Positions 40,814 to 48,659 of a DNA stretch of 64,000 bases are shown piece by piece (the stretch's first letter is position 1; every line of letters begins with the position of its first letter). The stretch is taken from NCBI GenBank assembly GCA_963816795.1, contig CAWFLT010000003.1:210202-274201 (forward strand), read 5' to 3'. Made by a program: the position numbers and the translations under genes. This DNA comes from an uncultured Acidobacteriota bacterium. Its GTDB lineage: Bacteria > Acidobacteriota > Vicinamibacteria > Vicinamibacterales > SCN-69-37. The notes under the pieces were generated by a model. It was not told where the DNA came from. It made no database searches and saw only the letters and a list, made by a program, of their open reading frames with translations.

Positions 40814-41428
40814 ATGATCTCCGCAAAGGCCGCACTCGACCGTCTCCGTGAGGGGAACCGCCGTTTCGTTGCGAATGAACCGACGGCGTCCCAGTTGCTC
40901 AGCCCGCTGCGCCGCGTGGCGCTGGTCGAAGGACAGCGGCCGTTCGCGATTGTCCTCGGCTGCTCCGATTCGCGCGTGCCGGCCGAACTGGTGTTCGACC
41001 AGGGCTTCGGCGATCTCTTCGTCATTCGGGTCGCCGGCAATATCGTGGCGCCCTCGCAGGTCGGCAGCGTCGAATTCGCCGCCGCGCGGCTCGACGCTCG
41101 ACTGGTCGTCGTCATGGGGCACTCGCAGTGCAGCATCGTGATTGCCGCGGTCGAAGCCGTCCTCGGCGTCGCGACGAGTGAGTCGCGCAATGTCCGATCG
41201 ATTGTCGATCGCCTGCGGCCGACGGTCGAGACGCTGGTGACCGGCCGCGCGGACAAGCACGTCGATGCCCTCATCAGCGACGCCGTGCGGGCCAACGTGC
41301 GCGCGTCCGTCGATCACCTGCGCCATGGCTCCGAGTTGCTCGAAGCCATGATTGCGAACGACGGACTCATGGTGGTCGGCGCGGAGTATTCGCTCGAGTC
41401 GGGGGTCGTGACGTTCTTCGACAGCTAA
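40814..41428 (+). CDS. beta-class carbonic anhydrase
   Basis: RLREGNRRF...FAIVLGCSDSRVPAELVFDQGFGDLFVIRVAGN...VVVMGHSQC. Confidence 0.85.
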   Translation: MISAKAALDRLREGNRRFVANEPTASQLLSPLRRVALVEGQRPFAIVLGCSDSRVPAELVFDQGFGDLFVIRVAGNIVAPSQVGSVEFAAARLDARLVVVMGHSQCSIVIAAVEAVLGVATSESRNVRSIVDRLRPTVETLVTGRADKHVDALISDAVRANVRASVDHLRHGSELLEAMIANDGLMVVGAEYSLESGVVTFFDS

Positions 41429-41451
41429 CATCAACTACGCGCCATACTCCG

Positions 41452-42195
41452 ATGCACGCTGCGCTGACCCGGCAAACTCATCGGCCCTGGCCGGTGCCGA
41501 ACGCCGCATGGCGGTGGCGGCAGACGTGGCACCACTTGCTCTTCGCGCACTGGCCCATCGATGCCGCCGTGCTTCGTCCCCTGGTACCGTCCTGGTTGAA
41601 GATCGAGGAGTTCGGAGGATCTTCATGGGTGGGACTGGTGCCGTTCGCCATGAGTGGCGTGACGCTACGTGGCGTGCCTCCCTTGCCGTGGCTGTCGCAG
41701 TTCCCCGAGATGAATCTGCGCCTGTACGTCGAGCGCGACGGGAAACCCGGTATCTGGTTCATCAGCCTCGACGCCAGCCGGGCTCCGGCCGTCTGGGCGG
41801 CTCGAACGTTCGTGCATCTTCCCTACTACCTTGCCGACATGAGCATCAGCGCATCAGATGATGGCGTGCGCTATCGCTCGAGCCGACTCGGCCCAACACG
41901 GGTCGAGCTCGCGGGGCGCTACCGTCCGACGGGTCAGGTCCGCGAGTCTCGCAACGGTTCGATCGAGCATTTCCTGACGGAGCGGTACTGTTTGTATACG
42001 GAGGATGCGCAGCGGAACCCGCGCCGGCTCGAAATTCATCATCACCCCTGGCCGCTTCAGCCGGCCGATGCTGAATTCGAGATCAATGACGTGGCACCAC
42101 CGCAGGGCATCGATCTGCCCGACACTCCCCCGCTGCTGCATTTCAGTCGCCGGCTCGACGTCATCGGCTGGGGGCTGGAACGCATCCAGACCTGA
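41452..42195 (+). CDS. DUF2071 domain-containing protein
   Basis: WRQTWHHLLFAHWPIDAAVLRPLVPSWLKIEEFGGSSWVGLVPFAMSGV...FPEMNLRLYV fits DUF2071. Confidence 0.8.
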   Translation: MHAALTRQTHRPWPVPNAAWRWRQTWHHLLFAHWPIDAAVLRPLVPSWLKIEEFGGSSWVGLVPFAMSGVTLRGVPPLPWLSQFPEMNLRLYVERDGKPGIWFISLDASRAPAVWAARTFVHLPYYLADMSISASDDGVRYRSSRLGPTRVELAGRYRPTGQVRESRNGSIEHFLTERYCLYTEDAQRNPRRLEIHHHPWPLQPADAEFEINDVAPPQGIDLPDTPPLLHFSRRLDVIGWGLERIQT

Positions 42196-42382
42196 TCTGG
42201 ACGACGGCGAAGGCCTGGGAGCGTGAAGTGTGGAGGCGGCGGGACATTCTGGGCGCGCCGTGCACCACTGGGCGCCCGCGACAGACAAAGATCGCTTCCG
42301 GCTCCGGGGCATGACCTTTGCACACACAGGTCGCGTTGCAGCGCCTCGATTCGACGCGCTGACGTTGTTCAGGAGATAAGCC

Positions 42383-42695
42383 GTGCACAATCAAGAACAT
42401 GGAATTGATCAGGCCGCCAACCGAATTCAGGACAAGGTCTCTGACTTCGGATCGAAGGTCGGCGACGTGGCCGACGCAGCCGAGCGCAAGGGCGCGAAGA
42501 TCGTCGAAGGTATCGAGAACGCGGCCTCGACCGTGCGGGACCGGCTCGACGACACCGTGAGCTACTTCCGAGACAACGACGCCCGCACGAATGGCGGACG
42601 ACCTGACGAGCTACGTCAAATCGCATCCGGCGCAGGCGCTGATTGGCGCCATTGCGATCGGGTTCTTCGCCGGCCGCATGATTCGCCGTCCCTGA
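42383..42695 (+). CDS. DUF883 (ElaB/YqjD-like) membrane-anchored protein; frame disruption ~42590
   Basis: The helical N-terminus is in ORF 42383... The typical C-terminal anchor (MADDLTSYVKSHPAQALIGAIAIGFFAGRMIRRP*) appears only in the +1 frame. Confidence 0.7.
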
Positions 42696-42702
42696 GGTAG
42701 TA

Positions 42703-43089
42703 ATGATGGACGCTCGGGCCGACCGATCCATCGCCGACGTCCTCGGCGATATCGTGGACAACGTGCAAGAGATCATTCGCGCGGAGGTCCGCCTGGCGAG
42801 GGCGGAGCTCCGCGACGACGCGGCGAGGGCGAAGCGCGGTGCCGTGCTGCTGGCGACAGCGGCCGCAATCGGCGGTCTCGCCCTCGCCTTCTTCATGCTG
42901 GCGGCGGTGTACGGCCTGGCCACGGTGATGGCGCCGTGGGCGGCAGCCCTCATCGTCGCTGCGGGATCGGCCGTCGTCGCCGGGATCGCCGTCGCCGCCG
43001 GGTTGAAGAGCTTTCAGAACCTCGGGTTTCCAAAGACCGCGGCGACCATTCAGGAGAATGTCCAGTGGGCGAAGACACGCGTCAAATAG
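42703..43089 (+). CDS. phage-holin-family / DUF1469 (YqjE-like) membrane protein
   Basis: SIADVLGDIVDNVQEIIRAEVRLARAEL then two TM helices. Usual partner of DUF883 genes. Confidence 0.75.
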   Translation: MMDARADRSIADVLGDIVDNVQEIIRAEVRLARAELRDDAARAKRGAVLLATAAAIGGLALAFFMLAAVYGLATVMAPWAAALIVAAGSAVVAGIAVAAGLKSFQNLGFPKTAATIQENVQWAKTRVK

Positions 43090-43529
43090 TGGACGACATT
43101 CGTGCCGAGCGGAACGAGCTCGGACGTAACCTGCACGAGCTCGAAGCGCAGGCCAAACAGCTCGCCGACTGGCGGACTCACTACCGCAACCATCCGGGGA
43201 CAGTCCTGGCGGTGGCGTTCAGCGGCGGCGTCGTGCTGGGCGTGCTGGCGGCCGGTCACGGCAATGGCGGTCAGGTCGCCTCGGACAGCGAAGGCTATCA
43301 CCCGCCATCGTCTCGACCGCGCAACGCCGGGTTCAACGCGCTCCGAGCCCTCGGGGACAATCCTCGAGCCAAGCAGCAAGTCGGCGAGACGTGGAATGAA
43401 ATCCTCGAAACACTGATCGGTCTGGCCTCGGCGAAGGCGATCAGCGCCATCGGCGACTTCCTGCCCGGGTTCCGCGAACGAGTACGACTCACGACACACG
43501 CGACCGATCCGTTAACGGCCGTTTTCACG
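43065..43529 (+). CDS. DUF3618-like protein (3' boundary uncertain)
   Basis: AGGAG then GTG 43065: GEDTRQIVDDIRAERNELGRNLHELEAQAKQLADWRTHYRNHPGTVLAVAFSGGVVLG. No stop precedes the next gene in this frame. Confidence 0.5.
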
Positions 43530-44747
43530 TTGGACCTCCATAGCGGGACGCCGTTCTGGCCGGTGCGGGACGGGCTTCCCGCAACCTACCCGCCGCTGCG
43601 ACAAGACGCGTCGGCCGACGTCGCCGTCATCGGCGCCGGCATCACCGGCGCGCTCCTCGCGCATGCGCTGTCGCAGGACGGCGCCGACGTCATCGTGATC
43701 GATCGCGATGATGTCGTGTCGGGCAGTTCGGCGGCGACGAGCGGCCATCTGCTGTACGACACGGACACGTCACTCGCGGAACTGACGCAGGCCTTCGGCG
43801 CCGATGCAGCCGCGCGTGTCTATCAGTTGGGTCTTGGCGCAGTGGACACGATCGAGATGCTCGTCCGATCGCTCGATCACTCCTGCGGATTCGCACGACG
43901 TCCCAGCTTGTATCTGGCGTCCCGCCGCCGGCATGTCGCGGCGCTCCGAGAGGAATTCGAGCGACGGCTTGCGCTCGGTCTCGAGGTCACGCTCCTCGAA
44001 GCCCGGGACGTCGCGGCCCACTACAGTTTCAGCGCGCCAGCGGCGATCTACAGTCACGGCACGGGCGAGATCGATTGCTATCGACTTCGCTCACCAGCTG
44101 CTCGCGGCCGCGACGCGTCAGGTGCCCGCATCCACGATCGGACCGAGGTGACCCAGATCGAGCCGCAAGGCGAGCGGCATCCGATCTGACGCTTGACGAG
44201 GGCGGCCATACGCTGCGGGCGAAGCAAGTGGTGTGTGCGACTGGCTACGACGTGAGCGTGAAGCTGCGCCGCTCGCCCGGACGACTGGCGAGCACCTGGG
44301 CCTTTGTGTCCGAGCCGATTGACGACTTTCCCGGCTGGCCGGAACGATGCCTGATTTGGGAAACGGCGCGCCCGTACCTGTATGTCAGAACCACCGAAGA
44401 CGGCCGGGTGTTGGCGGGAGGCGAAGACGAGCCGTATCCCTACCGCCATCGGCGGCGGACGACGTTTGCGGCCAAGACCGACACGCCTGATTGGCCGGGT
44501 TCGCGACATGTTTCCTGACCTGCGCATCGAGCCGGCCTACTGTTGGGCAGGGACGTTCGCAACGACTGACGACGGCCTGCCGTTCATCGGCCAGGTGCCT
44601 GAACAGCCGGGCATCTGGTTCGCCCTCGGATACGGAGGCAACGGCATCACGTTCAGCGTCATTGCTGCAGCCATCCTGCGAGATCTGCTCCGCGGCCGCG
44701 ACAACGCCGACGCGAGGCTGTTCTCATTCGAGCGGCCCAGTCGCTGA
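43530..44747 (+). pseudogene. FAD-dependent (DAO-family) oxidoreductase, at least 4 frame disruptions (~44075, ~44125, ~44185, ~44480)
   Basis: LDLHSGTPFWP...VAVIGAGITGALLAHAL...IDRDDVVSGSSAATSG. It continues through three other frames (AIDFAHQLLAAATRQ; ...VVCATGYDV...RPYLYVRTTEDGRVLAGGED; ...DGLPFIGQVPEQPGIWFALGYGGNGITF). Confidence 0.75.
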
Positions 44748-44780
44748 TGGCTGGCACGGTTCTGGCTATAACTGGCGGGC

Positions 44781-45895
44781 ATGCGTGTTCGCTACGCGAG
44801 TGACGACCGGCCCGGCATCTCTCGAACGAAGTCCGGCAGCAGTTTTGTCTACAGGACTGCCAACGGCCGCATCGTGCGCGATCCCGCGATGCTGGCGCGC
44901 ATTCCGTCGGCTGGCGGTGCCTCCGGCCTGGACCAACGTCTGGCTCGCCCGCGATCCGTCCGGCCACGTTCAAGCGACCGGACGCGATGCGCGCGGCCGC
45001 AAGCAATATCGGTATCACGCCGCGTGGACGGCGCAGCGCGATCGCGCCAAGTACGATCACCTGATTGATTTCGCGCGGCTGCTTCCGGCGGTCAGACGCC
45101 GGGTGGCGCGAGATCTCGACGCACCGTCACTCTCGCGACGCTCGCGTGCTCGCTACCGTCATCGCGCTCCTGGAGCGCACGCGCATTCGCGTCGGCAACG
45201 ACGAGTACGCGCGCGACAACGGATCGTATGGCCTGACGACGATGCAGAACCGGCACGTGCAGGTCCGCAGTGGGCGACTCGCGTTCCGGTTCAAAGGCAA
45301 GTCAGGCATCCACCACGCGGTCACGCTCGAAGATCCCAGACTGGCGCGCGAAGTGCGCCGCTGCCAGGAACTGCCCGGCCAGACGCTGTTCGAATACCGC
45401 GATGCCGGCAGCCGGTTGCGCCGCGTCGGTTCCGCGGACGTGAACGCCTATCTGGCGGCAGTCGCCGGATCCGAGGTCACGGCGAAAGACTTTCGCACGT
45501 GGTGGGGCACGGTCTCGGCCTGCAGCCTGCTGCGCGAAGCCCCGGCCGCGGCGACGGCCACCGCCCGAAAGCGGAATCTCCTCGCCGCACTCGACGATGT
45601 CGCGAAGCAGCTCGGCAACACCCGCGCCATCTGCCGCAAGTGCTACGTGCACCCGTCGGTCCTCGACGCCTACGCGCGCGGCGTGTCGCTCGGCCCTCGC
45701 CCGCACGACGCGAGACGCGTGGCTGGATTGAGCGCCGACGAACGCACGACGCTGTCGCTGCTCGAAGCGATGCGTCGAACAGCGGTACCCGTCGCGCGCG
45801 CCCCGGAACCGGTCAAGACGGGTCAGGACGAGCGGGCGCGCCGCGTAGATTCGCCTACCTGCCGCGGCCGCCCTTGGCGGCCCTGGCAATCATGA
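44781..45895 (+). CDS. DNA topoisomerase IB; 2 frame disruptions (~44900, ~45130)
   Basis: Fragments in three frames join: MRVRYASDDRPGISR...; VPPAWTNVWLARDPSGHVQATGRDARGRKQYRYH; RIRVGNDEYARDNGSYGLTT...FRFKGKSG...TAKDFRTWWGT...AICRKCYVHP (catalytic Tyr). Confidence 0.85.
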
Positions 45896-46289
45896 CCTCC
45901 GTTGATTTGACGATCGCGATCGCATCGTCGCCGCGCCGCAACTTCAGGGCGCGGACGGCGTCGGCCGTGATGACGGCGGTCAGCGAGTAGCGGCCGACTC
46001 GGAGGCGGACCTGCGCGAGCAGTCCATCGATTCGCACCTCTTCGACAAACCCCGGCAACCGATTTCGCGCGCTCAGTTCGCTGAGCGACTCCTCCGCGTC
46101 CGGGCTGGTCCGGCGCCGCGCCTGGGGCTGCTGCCGGGCGAGTAACCGTTCGATCTCACTTTCAGACACCCGATGGTGGCCGCCTTCGGTCCGGGTGGTC
46201 CTGACGTGACCACTATGCACCCAGCGTTTGAACGTGGAATAGCCGACGCCAAGCTGCATCGCTGCCGCTCTCACGGTTAGAAGGCCCAT
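45855..46289 (-). CDS. MerR/excisionase-type HTH + TOBE (Mop) domain regulator
   Basis: LTVRAAAMQLGVGYSTFKRWVHSGHVRTTRTEGGHHRV then SARNRLPGFVEEVRIDGLLAQVRLRVG..LTAVITADAVRALKLRRGDDAIAIVKSTEVMI. Confidence 0.8.
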   Translation of the reverse strand: MGLLTVRAAAMQLGVGYSTFKRWVHSGHVRTTRTEGGHHRVSESEIERLLARQQPQARRRTSPDAEESLSELSARNRLPGFVEEVRIDGLLAQVRLRVGRYSLTAVITADAVRALKLRRGDDAIAIVKSTEVMIARAAKGGRGR

Positions 46290-46404
46290 GCCGCGGATGC
46301 TAGCAGCAGAACCGTGCGACGTGCGAGGTGCGTGGCGGGCGTGCCGTATACTTCGAGGCGCGCGCCGCGGCGGTACTCGCGGCCCGGTCACAGCAGCCAA
46401 CTCC

Positions 46405-46911
46405 ATGGAATATCTGATCCTGATCTTTCTGCACGTCCTCTTCGGCATCTTCTGGGCTGGCGGAGCCATCGTCGCTGGATTCTTCATTCTTCCAGCCGTC
46501 ATCGACGCCGGACCGGCGGGTGGCGCCGTGATGGCCGGAGTGGTGCGGCGGCGCCTCCCGGTGATCATCAGCCTCGCCGCCGTGATTGTGCTCCTCACCG
46601 GGGTTCGGCTGTACATGCTGCGGTTCACGCCGGAATGGTTTCTGACGAAAGAGGGACTCGTGCTTTCCCTTGGCGCGCTGCTGGCGATCGGCGCGTTTGT
46701 GATCGGCCTGTTCGTGCAGAAGCCCGTGGCCGAGCGTCTGGGCGCGCTGGCCGGCCAACTGGCCGCCGCCGGATCGGCGCCAACGGCCGCGCAGGCCGCT
46801 GAACTTCAGGCGCTCCGAGCGCGACTGCGCCGAGTGGCCAACCTGACAGCGTGGCACCTGCTCGTCGCGTCCATTCTCATGGCCGGCCACCGCCTCGCGG
46901 CCGTGCTCTGA
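46405..46911 (+). CDS. integral membrane protein (4 TM), function unknown
   Basis: MEYLILIFLHVLFGIFWAGGAIVAGFFILPAV... with four hydrophobic spans. Confidence 0.6.
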   Translation: MEYLILIFLHVLFGIFWAGGAIVAGFFILPAVIDAGPAGGAVMAGVVRRRLPVIISLAAVIVLLTGVRLYMLRFTPEWFLTKEGLVLSLGALLAIGAFVIGLFVQKPVAERLGALAGQLAAAGSAPTAAQAAELQALRARLRRVANLTAWHLLVASILMAGHRLAAVL

Positions 46912-46928
46912 CCGGACGGGGGGACGGC

Positions 46929-47190
46929 GTGGAGCGTGGAAAGCGCTTGAGGTACGGCGTGGAAAGCGCTTGAAGTTCGGTGTGGAGGGCGCTTGAAGTA
47001 CGGCGTGGAAAGCGCTTGAAGTTCGGGGTGGAAAGCGCCTGAAGTTCGGGGTGAAAAGCGCTTGAAGTTCGGGGTGAAAAGCGCCTCGAAGTTCGGGGTG
47101 GAAAGCGCCTTGAAGTTCGGCGTGGAATAGCGCTCGAGGTTCGGGGTGGAGAGCCGCTTGAAGTACGGGTGGAGCGCCCTGAAGACCACG
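46929..47190. repeat. tandem array A: about 11 copies of a 23-24-bp unit GTGGAAAGCGCTTGAAGTTCGGG
   Basis: Unit starts read at 46936, 46959, 46982, 47005, 47028, 47051, 47074, 47098, 47122 and 47146, plus degenerate end copies. The unit contains the palindrome AAGCGCTT. Confidence 0.9.
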
Positions 47191-47445
47191 ACGGGCCGCG
47201 GCCGATTGAGGTGCCCGCCCGATTGGCGTCGGACCGCGCCGCGAATGATTCGGCATCAGCGCGCGGAGCTTCACAGGCTCGACGCCAAGGTCATCGCGTG
47301 GAACGCGCGCGACCTGACGGTCCGCGAGATTCACGGCCCTTTTGGCGGAGACTTCCACGGTCGACGCGTCGCCGGTTCGACATCGGCCCGACGTCGGTCG
47401 GGCCGAAGGGTGCCCGGCAGGCGCGGCCCTCGACCGTCGTGCCCT
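47160..47445 (+). mobile_element. fragment of an IS256/Mutator-family transposase gene (about 90 codons, frameshifted)
   Basis: The translation ...PPDWRRTAPRMIRHQRAELHRLDAKVIAWNARDLTVREIHG... resembles the conserved ...PRDR..FEP.LI.KHQRR..GLD.KIISLYARGMTVREIQ.H segment of mutator-type transposases. This is from memory and has not been searched. Confidence 0.5.
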
Positions 47446-47694
47446 TCTACGGCGCACTTCGCGGCCCTTCACGTCCATCCCGCGCCCTTCGCACCGCACC
47501 TCCGCGCCCTTCACCCCGACTTCGCGCCCTTCACGCCGGACTTCCCGTGCCTTTCACGCCGCACTTCCCGCGCCCTTCACACCGGACTTCCCGCGCCCTT
47601 CACGCCGTACTCCGCGCCCTTCACCCGAACTTCCCGCGCCCTTCACGCCCGCACTTCCAGCGCCCTTCACGCCGTCACTTCCCGCGCCCTTCAC
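47439..47694. repeat. tandem array B: about 12 copies of a 20-24-bp unit GCCGGACTTCCCGCGCCCTTCAC, inverted relative to array A
   Basis: Units end in CCCTTCAC at 47472, 47514, 47534, 47580, 47603, 47624, 47646, 47670 and 47694 (variants at 47494 and 47557). The reverse complement of unit A matches unit B at about 16-18 of 23 positions. Confidence 0.9.
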
Positions 47695-47704
47695 CCGTAA
47701 CGTC

Positions 47705-48574
47705 TTACTGCTTGACGGCGAGCCGCGTCGGCGCGAGCAACGTCACGCCTTTCCGCTTGGTCGCGATGCTGATGCGCTCGTTCGGCTTCACGCCGTCGGC
47801 CAGCGTGTATGTCAGCGTGTACTGATGCATCAGGTGGTCGACGATCCTGGACGTCGCCGCCTGCAGCGCCGTTGAGCTCGTCGCCACCGACGGCCTCGGT
47901 CCGGCCGCCGGTGAACTTCGGGCCATCGCCGAGGACACGGCCAATCGGCGTCGTTGGCAGTGAGAGCAGATCGACAATCGCGCCGCTCGCCACGACCTGC
48001 GCCAGCACCTGGTCGAGGTTGGAGCTCTCTGAGACGTCGCCGCCAATCGTGAGCACGAGGATGACCGGGCGTGCCGACCTGCGGCGAACGTGCTCCTTGG
48101 CGGCTTCGGAAATTCCCGTCGACCAATTGCTCCGGCTCCGGCAGCAGCTTGCCGCGCTGCCCGAGCCGGCCCAGCGCCGTCTTGAGCAGTGCCACGTCCT
48201 GGGTGTAGTCCTGGATGACGAGCGCCTGCGGGCTCATCTGGCGGATGGAAAACTCCGCCCGCGCGATCGTGACCTTGCAGCACTTGCGCCACCACCGGCT
48301 GAAATCCGCCCGTCCCGCCGTCGTCGACGATGATCGCGATCTGCATCGGCGTGGTGTCGGGCGTCAGGCTCGAAACCGTCGCGTCTTTCCCGCCATCCTT
48401 GACTGTCAGATCGGCGGCGGTGAGATCCGCCACGATCCCGCCCTTCGCATCGATCGCCGCGAGATGCACCGTTCTCGTCGTGGCCGCCAGCGGTGCTTCC
48501 GCGTCGAGGTTCGCGGGGCCGGCCGACAGCACCGCGAAGGCGAGCATGAGCACCAGTCCAATCCGTTTCATCAC
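47705..48574 (-). CDS. VWA-domain (VWFA-related, Acidobacterial-type) secreted protein; 3 frame disruptions (~48290, ~48110, ~47870)
   Basis: Signal MMKRIGLVLMLAFAVLSAGPA. The parts ...IAIIVDDGGTGG..., ...ALVIQDYTQDVALLKTALGRLGQRG..., ...VLTIGGDVSESSNLDQVLAQVVASGAIVDLL... and ...QYTLTYTLADGVKPNERISIATKRKGVTLLAP... lie in alternating frames. Confidence 0.7.
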   Translation of the reverse strand: MMKRIGLVLMLAFAVLSAGPANLDAEAPLAATTRTVHLAAIDAKGGIVADLTAADLTVKDGGKDATVSSLTPDTTPMQIAIIVDDGGTGGFQPVVAQVLQGHDRAGGVFHPPDEPAGARHPGLHPGRGTAQDGAGPARAARQAAAGAGAIGRREFPKPPRSTFAAGRHARSSSCSRLAATSQRAPTSTRCWRRSWRAARLSICSHCQRRRLAVSSAMARSSPAAGPRPSVATSSTALQAATSRIVDHLMHQYTLTYTLADGVKPNERISIATKRKGVTLLAPTRLAVKQ

Positions 48575-48659
48575 GGTCTCCCGGCGCCTGGCAAATCAGC
48601 TTACCGTAGGACGCGCTCGAGCCTTCGCTGGCCGGTGGAGGCGAGTGTCAGGCGCCCGA

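Noticed and set aside
40814-41428. Atypical zinc-ligand motif HSQCS (instead of HxxCG) in the beta-carbonic anhydrase
   Set aside because: All three ligand residues (Cys in CSDSR, His and Cys in HSQC) are present. The Gly-to-Ser change alone is not evidence of altered function.
46300-47514. Long ORFs (404, 218, 184, 177 and 127 aa) crossing the repeat arrays, as possible repeat proteins
   Set aside because: The 23-bp period is not divisible by 3, so the same unit is read in all three frames (FHPELQA / STPNFKR / PRTSSAF). The ORFs occur on both strands and reflect stop-poor repeat sequence.
46929-47694. Possible CRISPR array
   Set aside because: The repeats are directly abutting with no unique spacers. 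The period is only 20-24 bp, there are two inverted blocks, and no cas genes are nearby.
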